Source: Leptospira sp. (lineage in GTDB: Bacteria; Spirochaetota; Leptospiria; Leptospirales; Leptospiraceae). Taken from it: DNA of 64,000 nucleotides. Shown here in pieces: positions 21,102-31,382 of the stretch. Location: NCBI GenBank assembly GCA_034439575.1, contig JAWXAQ010000008.1:224001-288000 (forward strand), written 5' to 3'. Position 1 is the stretch's first letter. Each line of letters opens with the position of its first letter. A model generated the notes under the pieces. The model searched no databases, was not told where the DNA came from, and saw only the letters and a program-made list of their open reading frames with translations. Made by a program: the position numbers and the translations under genes.

Positions 21102-21978
21102 GAAAACTAGATCAGTTATGTTTTTAATCCATAGCATGGCAAGTTTTCTTTTCATTGGATGTGAAATCAAATCTATCGATCTTTTAAATAAGGTTTGTAA
21201 TGGTAAAACCGAACTTGGCATGACTTGTATTCCTAAAGGCGAATTCATTCGCGGTTCAAATAATGCTGAAATCAATGAGAAACCAGAAGCTACGATTTAT
21301 CTAGATGATTATTTTTTAGATCAGTATGAAGTCACTAATGAGGATTTTGAAAAATGTATAAGCCAAGGGCATTGTCAAAATTGTTTAAAAAACAAAACAT
21401 GCGATTACATAGGCGCGAGGTATGGAAAAATTTACCAAAAACCAAAACAACCTATAGTCGGCGTTAGTTGGTTTACTGCTTTGGAGTATTGCCAATGGGC
21501 GCAGAAAAGATTGCCAACAGAGTCTGAATGGGAGAAGGGAGCGCGAGGTGAGACTGGCGATTTATATCCTTGGGGAAATGAGGAGGCCACTTGTAAACTT
21601 GCAATCATCGAAGAGGATGGAAGAAAGGGATGTTTTCCGAAACGATTGGATAAACCTCATTGGATGACTACAGGAGATGTCGGCCAAAAACCGAAAGGAC
21701 ATTATGAACTTTATGACATGGCTGGCAATTCCTGGGAATGGGTATCAGACTGGTATAGCCCATCTTATGAGATTTGTGGCAAGGATTGTTTTGGAAAAAA
21801 TCCAATGGGTCCATGTAACGGTGATAAGGAATGTCCTGGACATACAAAAAAAATTGTAAAGGGTGGTTCTTGGTGGTGGCCTGCCAAAATGGCGAGGGGA
21901 TCCTTTCGAAGGGCTCATGTTCCAGAAAATTTTCCCGAATACCATCATTTCGGATTTCGCTGTGCCAAAGATATATAA
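21100..21978 (+). CDS. FGE-sulfatase (SUMF1)-domain lipoprotein
   Basis: YEVTN, RLPTESEWEKGARG, YDMAGNSWEWV, KGGSW, GFRCA; lipobox-like FIGC; start at 21100 or 21118. Confidence 0.9.
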   Translation: MKTRSVMFLIHSMASFLFIGCEIKSIDLLNKVCNGKTELGMTCIPKGEFIRGSNNAEINEKPEATIYLDDYFLDQYEVTNEDFEKCISQGHCQNCLKNKTCDYIGARYGKIYQKPKQPIVGVSWFTALEYCQWAQKRLPTESEWEKGARGETGDLYPWGNEEATCKLAIIEEDGRKGCFPKRLDKPHWMTTGDVGQKPKGHYELYDMAGNSWEWVSDWYSPSYEICGKDCFGKNPMGPCNGDKECPGHTKKIVKGGSWWWPAKMARGSFRRAHVPENFPEYHHFGFRCAKDI

Positions 21979-21979
21979 T

Positions 21980-22981
21980 ATGATGCATCTATTTAAAGTT
22001 AGTTTATTGTTTATTAGTTTCCATTTCTTAATTTTATCCTGCAAAAGTTTTCAGCAGAAAGAAAAGATTCATTTTGATTATTCAACTTTGTTTTCTATCG
22101 AACAGGAAACTCTAGTTCCCACTCGATGGGATGTAGGCAACACAACGGTTTCCAATGAAGACCGGCTAGATGTATTGATTCCGCATGTTTCAAATATTGG
22201 GAATGTTTATATTGGCGTTGGGGCAGAACAAAACCTAACAATCGCTGCATGGGCTAAATCCGAATTTATTTATCTAATGGATTTTACACAAGTTGTTGTT
22301 TCTGCCAATGAAATGATGATTATGTTTTTAAAAGAATCTCCGACTAAAGAACTTTTTATCAGTCGTTATGCTAAGGGCAATGAAGCCGAATCTTTCTCTT
22401 TGATTGAGAAAAATTTAAGCCAACCTGAAAAATACAAACAGATATATAAAAATATCATCAAATATGTTCGTAAACGACATAGAACAAATAAGATTACCTC
22501 GGCAGAGTATAAATATGATATGTTCCAAACAAATGATGAGCAATACGCATACATTCGAAACCTTGCTATACAGAACCGAATTTATCCAGTAAAAGGAAAT
22601 TTGTTAGGAAAGACCACCTTGCGTAGTATAGGCGACACACTTCGCAAGAATGGAAAATTCGTCGGTATCATTTATTTTAGCAATGCGGAAGAATATTTTT
22701 ATTACCCGGAAGAATTTAAAAAATCCATTTTGAATTTACCTACAAAAGATAATTCAGTAGTGGTGCGGACTTTATCAGTCAAAAAACATATCTTTCCGTG
22801 GTCGCCAGGATCAGATATTTCTACAGATTATGGATTTCATTATTGCACCCAAAACATACAAAATTTTCAAACTTGGTTGTCCTCTGGATTAAAATTACGT
22901 TCGGATCTGATTATGGAAGCTGGTGGAGTTGTGGATAAAAAGAAAGGCTTTACATTTGTTAGTGGGCTTCCCAAAAATTAA
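21980..22981 (+). CDS. Leptospira hypothetical lipoprotein
   Basis: ATG 21980 follows the upstream stop; lipobox LILSC; SNE..., YIGVGAEQN, YFSNAEEY. Confidence 0.7.
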   Translation: MMHLFKVSLLFISFHFLILSCKSFQQKEKIHFDYSTLFSIEQETLVPTRWDVGNTTVSNEDRLDVLIPHVSNIGNVYIGVGAEQNLTIAAWAKSEFIYLMDFTQVVVSANEMMIMFLKESPTKELFISRYAKGNEAESFSLIEKNLSQPEKYKQIYKNIIKYVRKRHRTNKITSAEYKYDMFQTNDEQYAYIRNLAIQNRIYPVKGNLLGKTTLRSIGDTLRKNGKFVGIIYFSNAEEYFYYPEEFKKSILNLPTKDNSVVVRTLSVKKHIFPWSPGSDISTDYGFHYCTQNIQNFQTWLSSGLKLRSDLIMEAGGVVDKKKGFTFVSGLPKN

Positions 22982-23379
22982 TGGAAAAAAAACAAATCCA
23001 AATTTCAGATTTTGATGAAATCAAACAAATTTCTTTAAAAATTTATGAATTTCTGATTTCCTTATTTCCCGAAACAAAATCGGATTTAGATAATGGATCG
23101 GGAGATACTTTATTTCCAAAAAGATGGAGGTATTCATATTCTAATTACAATTTTGAATGGGTGGTCTCAGAGATGGGATCAATTACACTTAGGTTAGGTG
23201 AGCATCCTCGATTTCGTAGAAATCCGCCACCGATTTTTTATCTGAGCCTCGGTAAATATGATGATGGATTTTATTGGGAAGATTTAGATGGTGCCGTAGT
23301 CCTTTTGGAAGATGGCACCATACAACAATTAGTCTCTGAAAAAATAAAACTTTTTATCGAGTCCGAAACAGGATCATAA
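22981..23379 (+). CDS. Hypothetical protein
   Basis: 132-aa ORF coupled to the previous stop. Confidence 0.65.
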   Translation: MEKKQIQISDFDEIKQISLKIYEFLISLFPETKSDLDNGSGDTLFPKRWRYSYSNYNFEWVVSEMGSITLRLGEHPRFRRNPPPIFYLSLGKYDDGFYWEDLDGAVVLLEDGTIQQLVSEKIKLFIESETGS

Positions 23380-23436
23380 AAAATTTTAATTTAATTTTTT
23401 TAAAATCAAATTAGAAATTAATTTTTAAATTAATCT

Positions 23437-24501
23437 TTAATCTTTCGTATCTTCCCCTTCAATTCCTACTTTCTTTTCGATATCTTTGATTCGTTTGATC
23501 CATTTGTTTAAATTGACTATATTTTTAATATTGACCCGGTACTTTTGAAACTCTGGAAATGTGAGACCTAAATCCCATCCAATATAAACGTCTTTTGTTT
23601 TTGGAGAAGTGCGAAGTGAACTTCCGCCGGCAATGATTGTTCCATCAACAAGCGTTAAATGGTCGCTTATCGCACAGGCTCCTCCAATAATCACATTGTT
23701 CCCTAATGTGACACTACCTGCAAGGCCAGATTGGCCAGCGATAATTACATTGTCTCCCACTTTACAATTGTGAGCAATATGGACCATGTTATCAAATTTA
23801 CAACCGTTTCCAATGACAGTATCGGTCAATGCCCCTCTATCTATGGTACAATTTGCTCCGACTTCAACATCATTTCCGATAATCACCCGACCGACTTGCG
23901 GAAGTTTGTTGTGTTTACCGTTTACAAATGTAAATCCAAATCCGTCTCCACCAAATGTAGAATTTCCATACACATTAAAATCATTGCCGATTTGTGTACC
24001 ATGATAAAAAACACAGTTCATTCCGATTTTGGCATTGTCTCCGATTTTAACGTCCTTTTGAATTTTGACTCCATCACCAATGATACAATTTTTACCAATG
24101 ACGACATTCTCACCAATGGTTACAAAGTGTCCAATTTTTGTATTTTCACCAATTTTTGCCGAAGGAGAAATGATCGCATGACTCGACGTAGATCCATCAG
24201 ATACTTCAGGCGGGAAAAAATAATTCAATATTTTGATTAAAGCCAATTCAACATTGGGAACGATAAGTAAAGTTTTATCTTGTAGTCCTTCGGCTAATTC
24301 TTGATTGGCGACAAGGACGGAGGCTTTCGATGTTTTACCGTCTTTAAGGAATGCTTTTGATGATACAAATGATAAAAAATTTGATCCGTCTGATGTTAGT
24401 GGGAGCACATATTCAATTTCCACTTTATTTGGATCTGAACAATTAGCGATTTTGGCACCTTCTAAGAGACTAGCCAATTGTGTTAAGTTTGCTTTTTTCA
24501 T
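23437..24501 (-). CDS. lpxD: UDP-3-O-acyl-glucosamine N-acyltransferase
   Basis: Hexapeptide repeats, [28 protein letters not shown]. Confidence 0.96.
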   Translation of the reverse strand: MKKANLTQLASLLEGAKIANCSDPNKVEIEYVLPLTSDGSNFLSFVSSKAFLKDGKTSKASVLVANQELAEGLQDKTLLIVPNVELALIKILNYFFPPEVSDGSTSSHAIISPSAKIGENTKIGHFVTIGENVVIGKNCIIGDGVKIQKDVKIGDNAKIGMNCVFYHGTQIGNDFNVYGNSTFGGDGFGFTFVNGKHNKLPQVGRVIIGNDVEVGANCTIDRGALTDTVIGNGCKFDNMVHIAHNCKVGDNVIIAGQSGLAGSVTLGNNVIIGGACAISDHLTLVDGTIIAGGSSLRTSPKTKDVYIGWDLGLTFPEFQKYRVNIKNIVNLNKWIKRIKDIEKKVGIEGEDTKD

Positions 24502-24608
24502 ATGAATTCACCATTTGAGAAATTGTAATATTCTACATTTTTGATGAAGTGATGATTTTTGCCTAATCTAATTAGGGTATTATAAATAGATTTTGAATGC
24601 TTTGGTCT

Positions 24609-25409
24609 TTAACCGAAACGAAAGGAGGTCATGTTAAGAGAACCCATCACTACTTTGTCATTAAAAATTTGAATTTGATCATCATCCTGTTTCGCGCCGA
24701 GCACATATAAAAATGGTAAATAATGTTCGGCAGTTGGAATTGAATTCTGAATTTGAATCCCGTGCTTTTTGTATTCAATTAAATTGGATATGTTATTGGT
24801 AAGAACCCATTCTTTGAACATTTGATTTGCTTCGATAGCCCAGTCGTAACCAAATTCTGGTTGGTTCACTTTTGACCAATCCACCAAACCAAGGTTATGG
24901 ATAAGATTGCCACTACCGATGATTAAAATTCCTTGTTTGCGAAATTGAATTAATTTTTTACCTAATTGATAATGATAATTTCCATCGAGTGTGCCTTTTA
25001 TGCTCAATTGCAAAACAGGGATATCCGCGTTTGGAAAGATATGGCGGACAATGCTCCAAGTCCCATGATCAAGACCCCAGGATGCATCCGTGATACAATT
25101 AAATTCCTTTAATTCAGTGGCAATTTCCGCTGCAAGTTTAACATTTCCAGGAGCAGGGTATAGCACTTCAAATAATTCTTTGGGGAAACCACCAAAGTCG
25201 TGTATGGTGGGAGGTTTTTCATTTGAGGTAATGGATGTTTCTTTAGTTACCCAATGAGCAGATATGCAAAGGATAGCTTTTGGTTTTGGAAAACTTCCAG
25301 AAAGACTCTGCCATACTTTTGAAAATTGATTATCTTCAATGGCATTCATCGGGCTTCCATGTCCGATAAAAAATACTGGCATAACTGTGTTAGATGCACC
25401 ATCATTCAT
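24609..25409 (-). CDS. ygiD: 4,5-DOPA extradiol dioxygenase
   Basis: FIGHGSPM, ISAHW, IHDFGGFP, GLDHGTW, GSGNLIHNL, PTAEHYLP. Confidence 0.92.
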   Translation of the reverse strand: MNDGASNTVMPVFFIGHGSPMNAIEDNQFSKVWQSLSGSFPKPKAILCISAHWVTKETSITSNEKPPTIHDFGGFPKELFEVLYPAPGNVKLAAEIATELKEFNCITDASWGLDHGTWSIVRHIFPNADIPVLQLSIKGTLDGNYHYQLGKKLIQFRKQGILIIGSGNLIHNLGLVDWSKVNQPEFGYDWAIEANQMFKEWVLTNNISNLIEYKKHGIQIQNSIPTAEHYLPFLYVLGAKQDDDQIQIFNDKVVMGSLNMTSFRFG

Positions 25410-25422
25410 ATTTGGCTTTGGT

Positions 25423-26064
25423 TTACCTTCTGTCGTAGGTTAAAAATACCTCATTCCCTTTGCTGACTGTATCTGTTAATAGCCAATTTCTTTCATCAAA
25501 TCCTGCTATTGCAGAACTACCGTCAGCAATGCCGGCTAATCCGTTTTTGCCGATGACATAAGGAACGAGTGTGATATAGATTCGGTCTACTAGATCACCA
25601 TCTAAGAAAGAGTAGTTTAATTTCGGTCCACCTTCCAAAAGTACGTTTTTGTAACCTTTTCGTTTTAAAATGCCGGTTACTTTTTTCGGATCAATATCTG
25701 TTGAATCGAGTGCGAAAATTTCTGCTCTGTTTTCTAAATCAGTTTTGATTTCTTTCAAATTGTTTTTTGTACAGATAACCAATGGTATGTGGTCTGATTC
25801 GTCAAATACGTGTTTGTCTGTGGGGAGAGTGCCATTGCGAATTAAGATGACTGGCCTGGGATTTAAAGCATTCGGGAAAGCTCGAATTTTAACGACTGGA
25901 TTGTCATTGATAACAGAATTTTTTCCGAGTATGATGGCATCGGATTTTGAGCGATAAACATCCATTTGAAGTTTGTCGTCTTTGGAGGTAAGACCATACC
26001 ATCTACCATCCGGTCGAACCACTTTTCCATCTAAGGTCATGGCCATGTTAATCGATAACTTCAT
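25423..26064 (-). CDS. RibD C-terminal reductase-like protein
   Basis: MAMTLDGK, DNP, VLLEGGPKL, LVDRI. Confidence 0.88.
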   Translation of the reverse strand: MKLSINMAMTLDGKVVRPDGRWYGLTSKDDKLQMDVYRSKSDAIILGKNSVINDNPVVKIRAFPNALNPRPVILIRNGTLPTDKHVFDESDHIPLVICTKNNLKEIKTDLENRAEIFALDSTDIDPKKVTGILKRKGYKNVLLEGGPKLNYSFLDGDLVDRIYITLVPYVIGKNGLAGIADGSSAIAGFDERNWLLTDTVSKGNEVFLTYDRR

Positions 26065-26318
26065 TAATTCTTCCTAACGGAGAGATTTTTCAATTCCCTT
26101 TGGAGGATGTGGTGAACTTGCATGGTGCAGGTTCCGCAACCTGTTGTGGCCCTTGTTTTTTCTCTGATTTCCTCGAGAGTATGGGCACCCTCTCGAATGG
26201 CGTCTACTAATTCTTTTTCGGTGACCATCCGACATAGGCAGACCCGCTTTGGTCTCATTAGTGAATTTAAATCAATTCCATCGTCCACGATTACACTATT
26301 CATTTGACAGAATTTCAA
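26064..26318 (-). CDS. BFD-like [2Fe-2S] protein
   Basis: VCLC...ATTGCGTC; start probably at the second Met. Confidence 0.85.
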   Translation of the reverse strand: MKFCQMNSVIVDDGIDLNSLMRPKRVCLCRMVTEKELVDAIREGAHTLEEIREKTRATTGCGTCTMQVHHILQRELKNLSVRKN

Positions 26319-26371
26319 AAAGGGTGGAAACTCTTTAATTACTTCAGATAAGGAAAAATCCAGGAAAGTTT

Positions 26372-27721
26372 ATGGTACATGACCTAAGCCCAGAAAGAAA
26401 GAAAAACCGAAACAAAGAAATCTTCGGTTGGTGTATGTTTGACTTCGCAAATTCATCATATACAACCGTTATCATTAGCGTTGTTTATTGTGAGATTTTT
26501 ACACAACTCGTTGTCCCCTCAGACCCAAATTCGAACAATCCTTTCCAACATGGGAATTCCCTGTGGGCTTGGGCACTAGCGGTATCGTATCTATTTGTCG
26601 TTCTTACAGGACCAATATTTGGAGCGATTACAGACTATTCTTCCACTAAAAAGGCATTTCTGTTTTTTAGTTATATCGGGTGTATCGTCGCAACATTTAT
26701 GTTATACTATGTGAATCCAGGTATGATATGGCTTGGATTTGTGTTAGTTGCCATTTCCAATTTTTTCTTTGCCTCTGGAGAAAATTTTGCATCTAGCTTT
26801 TTGCCCTTTCTCGGTGCGAAAGAAGATTTAGGTAAAATTTCAGGCTATGCTTGGGGAATTGGTTACTTCGGTGGTATCGGTTCTGTGGTTCTTGCTACAA
26901 CTCTCGGTGATTACACATTGTCCAATTTCGCAAATTTAAAGTTAGTTGGACCGTATACTGCTGTTTTCTTTCTATTTGCTGCGATTCCGACCTTTATGTT
27001 TTTGAAAGAACCACACTTACCCTTAGGTCGACCGACAAAAGTTAATTATTTAAAAATTGGTATCGATCGTGTTGTCACAACATTAAAAGATGCGAGTCGA
27101 TTTAAAGATCTGATGATTTATCTTGTTTCTCTATTCTTTACTATGGCGGCACTTGCCATTGTGATTTCTTTTGCATTCATTTACGGATCACAAGAAATTC
27201 ATATTGAGGCCCAACATAAACAAGTTATGTTTATATTCATCCAAATTTCTGCCGCGATTGGTGCACTTGCTTTTGGAGTGATACAAGATAGCATAGGGGC
27301 TAAAAAAACATTTAATATGACTTTGGTTCTTTGGTTAATTGTTTGTGGTCTGATTTATGTGGTTCGTGACCTAACGGATTTGATGAATGCAGGGCTCGGT
27401 ACTACTTGGACAGTGCAATGGGTGTTTGTATTTATTTCTTCCTTGGCTGGTATGGGACTTGGGTCAACACAATCGGCATCTAGAGCACTCGTGGGTATTT
27501 TTTCCCCAGAGTCAAAATCGGGTGAGTTTTTTGGTATGTGGGGCCTTTCTGGAAAAATTGCCGCGGCAATGGGATTATTTCTATTTGGCTACATTCAAAC
27601 GATCGTTAGTTTGCGAAATGCGTTTCTTGTCGTAGCCTTATTTTATTTGATCTCACTTGTGATCAATTTATTCGTAAATGAGAAGAGAGGAGTTGAAACC
27701 GCTAATCAGTTTCAAGAATAG
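26372..27721 (+). CDS. MFS transporter (UMF1/ATG22-like)
   Basis: WCMFDFANS, GYFGG, QSASRAL, EFFG; about 12 TMs. Confidence 0.9.
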   Translation: MVHDLSPERKKNRNKEIFGWCMFDFANSSYTTVIISVVYCEIFTQLVVPSDPNSNNPFQHGNSLWAWALAVSYLFVVLTGPIFGAITDYSSTKKAFLFFSYIGCIVATFMLYYVNPGMIWLGFVLVAISNFFFASGENFASSFLPFLGAKEDLGKISGYAWGIGYFGGIGSVVLATTLGDYTLSNFANLKLVGPYTAVFFLFAAIPTFMFLKEPHLPLGRPTKVNYLKIGIDRVVTTLKDASRFKDLMIYLVSLFFTMAALAIVISFAFIYGSQEIHIEAQHKQVMFIFIQISAAIGALAFGVIQDSIGAKKTFNMTLVLWLIVCGLIYVVRDLTDLMNAGLGTTWTVQWVFVFISSLAGMGLGSTQSASRALVGIFSPESKSGEFFGMWGLSGKIAAAMGLFLFGYIQTIVSLRNAFLVVALFYLISLVINLFVNEKRGVETANQFQE

Positions 27722-27723
27722 TT

Positions 27724-27942
27724 ATGATAGTTGATACGGAAGACGATTTCGAATTGCACCAAAGCCAGAGAAAATTGGCTTTGGCAACAATTGATGAGCT
27801 GATGCAAATCAAAATGGATTTGTTAGATGCTGAGAAACGTGTTCCACTTTTTATCAATAATGCTATTTCTTATTTAAAAAGGAAGTATGTGACTGAGGAG
27901 CAGACCATTTCGGAGCTCCTCAGGAAACGCCAACAAATTTAA
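27724..27942 (+). CDS. Small hypothetical protein
   Basis: 72-aa ORF directly after the MFS gene, plausible composition. Confidence 0.6.
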   Translation: MIVDTEDDFELHQSQRKLALATIDELMQIKMDLLDAEKRVPLFINNAISYLKRKYVTEEQTISELLRKRQQI

Positions 27943-27965
27943 AAAATTGCTTAAAATCTATATTC

Positions 27966-28781
27966 TTAATTAAAATCTATAATCTTAGTGATCAATTGTT
28001 TTTGATCCAATTCCATGTTTCTTAATTTTCTACCTGTCTGTTTATTAATCTTTCTTAACATTTTTTTGTAAGTCAACATGATATGTTTTTGTTTGTCGTA
28101 AGGAAGTGGGTCTTTCGCATCATTTAACACCATAGTGATATTAGCTGGTGATTTTTGGACCGGAACATTTGGCCAAACCGTATCAGAAGATAATGCTTGG
28201 AAATATTCTAGTGAAATATCAGAATTTGGATCTATTTTAAATTCACCTTTATCATCTTTTTCAACACTTTGTGATTTAGGTGTAGGGTTGATCAGTCTTC
28301 GCATCTCTTTAACATAGATAGTTCCATCTGCATTGACTCGCTTGAACATGAGTATGATTTTGGCAACTTCCGTATAGCCTTCGTTAGGGTATACAAATGC
28401 AGTTCCATCATAAAGATAAACTTTTGGCCAATCGATATAGGATTGTCCTTGTGGTAGTTTTAATTCTAAATATGGTTTACCCTCGGAATCCTTCAAAAAC
28501 AATTCTTTCACTTTACTTGGTGTATGGCCCAAGTATTGCGACGCTGTTTTATCTACGCCAAGGTCTTGCAACTTTTTCATTTTGCCTAAATGTTCAGCGA
28601 TGGATGCATGCAAAGTATCGATTTCATTGTCTGAAAATCCTGAGGCTCTCTGGGCGTCGATTTGCTTTTGTGTTTCACGGTCTTTTAAAGTAAGTGAAGT
28701 CGGTTTTTCGGCAAATAACGAAGAAAATAAGGCACCCGATATGAATGCAATGGTAATAGAAATAGAAATGCGGTGGATCAT
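27966..28781 (-). CDS. Exported hypothetical protein
   Basis: Signal peptide, RBS GAGG, 271 aa. Confidence 0.7.
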   Translation of the reverse strand: MIHRISISITIAFISGALFSSLFAEKPTSLTLKDRETQKQIDAQRASGFSDNEIDTLHASIAEHLGKMKKLQDLGVDKTASQYLGHTPSKVKELFLKDSEGKPYLELKLPQGQSYIDWPKVYLYDGTAFVYPNEGYTEVAKIILMFKRVNADGTIYVKEMRRLINPTPKSQSVEKDDKGEFKIDPNSDISLEYFQALSSDTVWPNVPVQKSPANITMVLNDAKDPLPYDKQKHIMLTYKKMLRKINKQTGRKLRNMELDQKQLITKIIDFN

Positions 28782-28847
28782 GACATACCTCGAACTTTCA
28801 TTCCTTTATAGTATCGTGATTTTTGCTATCGATACTTAAATGGATCT

Positions 28848-29894
28848 TTAGAATTTTCTTGTCTCAAAAAAAGAAACGATCGCGGAATGGAAGTCATTTT
28901 CGGCTAATTTGGCGGCTGGAATGAGGCCAGTCATTTGCAAGTATCCATGAAGCAGTCCAGAAAAATGCCTATGTTGGACTTTGACTCCCGCTGAGGCGAG
29001 AGAAGCGGCATAAGCTTCGCCTTCATCACGAAGTGGATCAAAACCAGCTGTGGCAATGTATGTAGGTGGCATTCCTTTTAAATCTTTAGTGTCAGTGAGT
29101 AGGGGAGAATTGAATATATTAAGCCTATCATTTCCATTGGGTGCAAAATTTTGAATGAACCAACGCATGGTATTTTTAGTTAAGATAAATTTTTCGCCGA
29201 ATTCTTCGTAAGAGCCGGACTCTTTGGAAACATCCGTCATTGGATAGAGTAGGGCCTGGAAAACGGGAAGAGTTACTTTTTCTTTTTTGGCACGTAGACA
29301 AATAGCTGTCGCAAGTAGGCCACCGGCACTATCACCAGCAACTGCGATCGCGTTCGGAGATCCACCCATCAAATATGCGCTGTTTCGAATGTACTGATAT
29401 GCTCGAAAACAATCATCTATCGCGGCAGGGTAGGGATTTTCTGGAGCAAGGCGATAATCGACCGATGCTACAATTACTTTTGCATAGTAGGCAATTCGTC
29501 TACAAAGTGCATCATGGGTTTCTATAGATCCGATCGTAAATCCACCGCCATGAAAATAAACCACGATCGGCAAATTTCCTTTTTGCGGATGGGCATTATA
29601 AACACGAACGGGTATGAAATAAGAAGCAGTTGTAGGAATTAATTTATCTTCAATATGGCTGACAGATATAGGTTCTTCATCAAATACTCGAATGTTATCT
29701 GCAAATAATTTCCTAGCCTTTATCGGATTCAGAGTCTCAAGTTTTGGTAATATACGGGCAAAATTGCAAGCGAGCTGAGATTGGGGATTGAGTGCTTCTC
29801 CATTATGGACAGTAACACCACCGAAGAGAGTATGAATCCAATTTTCAGGGAGAGCAAAAACGAACTGTGCAATGGATCGTTTAATGCCTAACAT
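28848..29894 (-). CDS. HSL-family alpha/beta hydrolase (esterase/lipase)
   Basis: HGGGF, VDYRLAPE, GDSAGG, DPLRDEG, HGY. Confidence 0.94.
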   Translation of the reverse strand: MLGIKRSIAQFVFALPENWIHTLFGGVTVHNGEALNPQSQLACNFARILPKLETLNPIKARKLFADNIRVFDEEPISVSHIEDKLIPTTASYFIPVRVYNAHPQKGNLPIVVYFHGGGFTIGSIETHDALCRRIAYYAKVIVASVDYRLAPENPYPAAIDDCFRAYQYIRNSAYLMGGSPNAIAVAGDSAGGLLATAICLRAKKEKVTLPVFQALLYPMTDVSKESGSYEEFGEKFILTKNTMRWFIQNFAPNGNDRLNIFNSPLLTDTKDLKGMPPTYIATAGFDPLRDEGEAYAASLASAGVKVQHRHFSGLLHGYLQMTGLIPAAKLAENDFHSAIVSFFETRKF

Positions 29895-29897
29895 AAA

Positions 29898-31382
29898 TTA
29901 TTTGAGCTTTTCATATAACATCTTATATAATAAAAACAATCCAAAGGTATCCATTTTGCAATAAGTTTCTAAATCTTCCAGAACACGAATTTTTTCTTCT
30001 AGTGTCACCTGCTTTTTTAATAATCGCAAGTATTGGTAATTTGCATCCTGACCTTCTTTGATAGAAAGTCCGATATGACTTATGTCAGAAAACGCAGGTA
30101 GAATCTCCTTCAATGAAGCTTTCCCTTTTTGTTTTGGCGAATAGATCCAAAATTTTTTGAATGGAAGGGCTAAATCCTTGAAAAGTGGCTTCATGTAGGT
30201 CCAAAGTTCGCTATGCTCAGCGTACAGATTGACCAAATCATCAATAATTTGTTTCTCAAAAAAGTCGTTGAACGAGAATATGGTGGTCTCTTTGGGAATA
30301 TCTTTCATTAACTGATTGATTACATTGTATCTTGGGTCTCCATCTTCAGGCTTATGGATATAGGAATGATGGATTAAGGTATCTGATGTTGAATCCCATA
30401 TATGTAATGAGTATAAAAAGGGTATATGTTGGAATGGTTTGGAATTTGGGAACATCGGGAGAATCGGATTGATTGATTCAAAATCTAAAAATGCTACTTT
30501 ATCACTGACTCCTTCAAAGAATGTTTTTAATTGCACCGTATCAAAATAATCTTCTGAATTCACATGTGCTCTTTTTTGGATGAGTTGGATTTGACTTAAC
30601 TCATCTTCTGGCATTTCCGAAAAAGTTTTGATTCCGTTAAGATAGAATTTTTTTGTTAGTTCTTGGCCTTCCCGTAAATCAAATATTTCATAATCTGAAA
30701 TTTCTTTAAAACAGACATCTTTAGAATAGCATGACTTTGGTGACCTACAAGTATGATGTGTATCTTCATGAATGGGAAATATGGGATTCTCTAAATAGTT
30801 TAAAAATAAATCCCATTCATTTTCAAATCTCAAACTTTCTTTTGTTAGTCTATCCGTCACGGATTCGACGATAAGATATTCATCTCTATCAATTGGTGAT
30901 TTGTCAAAAATATATGATGCATTGATACGAATTAGTTTAGTATCAATAATCGAAATATCTAATGATTCCAAAAGTTTTTTTTGGAAGTAAAGGGATCTAA
31001 TAATATCGAGTTTGTTTGAACTTACTGGACGAAAATCATAAAGTTCCCATGAGTTTGATTCTGGAGATGGCACTAAACATTCTATATACGATGAAAAATT
31101 GGAAGATTGAAAGTAACCTCCAAATATACATTGCCTTTTTTCAATTGCTAATTTTGTTTCTTTTGTTTGATCTTCTTTGGAAAGTGATCTTGAAATTGTG
31201 ATTTGGTTATCAAAATAAGTAGAACAAAGTCCTTCGAAATCGTGCCATTCTAAATTTCCACTATGAGCTACATTTGACTTTTGAAACATTTCCTGATTTA
31301 AGAGATAAAAACCATTGGAACAACGTGTGAAATTGAGATATTGAGATTTGGTGATCGGGTAATTAATGTTGTTAGGTGACAA
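29898..31382 (-). CDS. DUF2779-domain protein (RecB-like N-terminus plus RNase H-like/DEDD C-terminus)
   Basis: ITKSQY...C, FLDFES..P..P..KPFQHIPFLYSLH, SLKEILP, YCKMDT. Confidence 0.8.
   Translation of the reverse strand: MSPNNINYPITKSQYLNFTRCSNGFYLLNQEMFQKSNVAHSGNLEWHDFEGLCSTYFDNQITISRSLSKEDQTKETKLAIEKRQCIFGGYFQSSNFSSYIECLVPSPESNSWELYDFRPVSSNKLDIIRSLYFQKKLLESLDISIIDTKLIRINASYIFDKSPIDRDEYLIVESVTDRLTKESLRFENEWDLFLNYLENPIFPIHEDTHHTCRSPKSCYSKDVCFKEISDYEIFDLREGQELTKKFYLNGIKTFSEMPEDELSQIQLIQKRAHVNSEDYFDTVQLKTFFEGVSDKVAFLDFESINPILPMFPNSKPFQHIPFLYSLHIWDSTSDTLIHHSYIHKPEDGDPRYNVINQLMKDIPKETTIFSFNDFFEKQIIDDLVNLYAEHSELWTYMKPLFKDLALPFKKFWIYSPKQKGKASLKEILPAFSDISHIGLSIKEGQDANYQYLRLLKKQVTLEEKIRVLEDLETYCKMDTFGLFLLYKMLYEKLK

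Noticed and set aside
21102-21275. Extended N-termini from the ORF track (19599..21275, 21863.., 49629..51104)
   Set aside because: The extensions overlap well-supported neighbouring genes; later starts give signal peptides or coupled junctions
23377-23437. AT-only imperfect palindrome between convergent genes
   Set aside because: Low complexity with no GC stem, so it cannot be supported as a terminator or element
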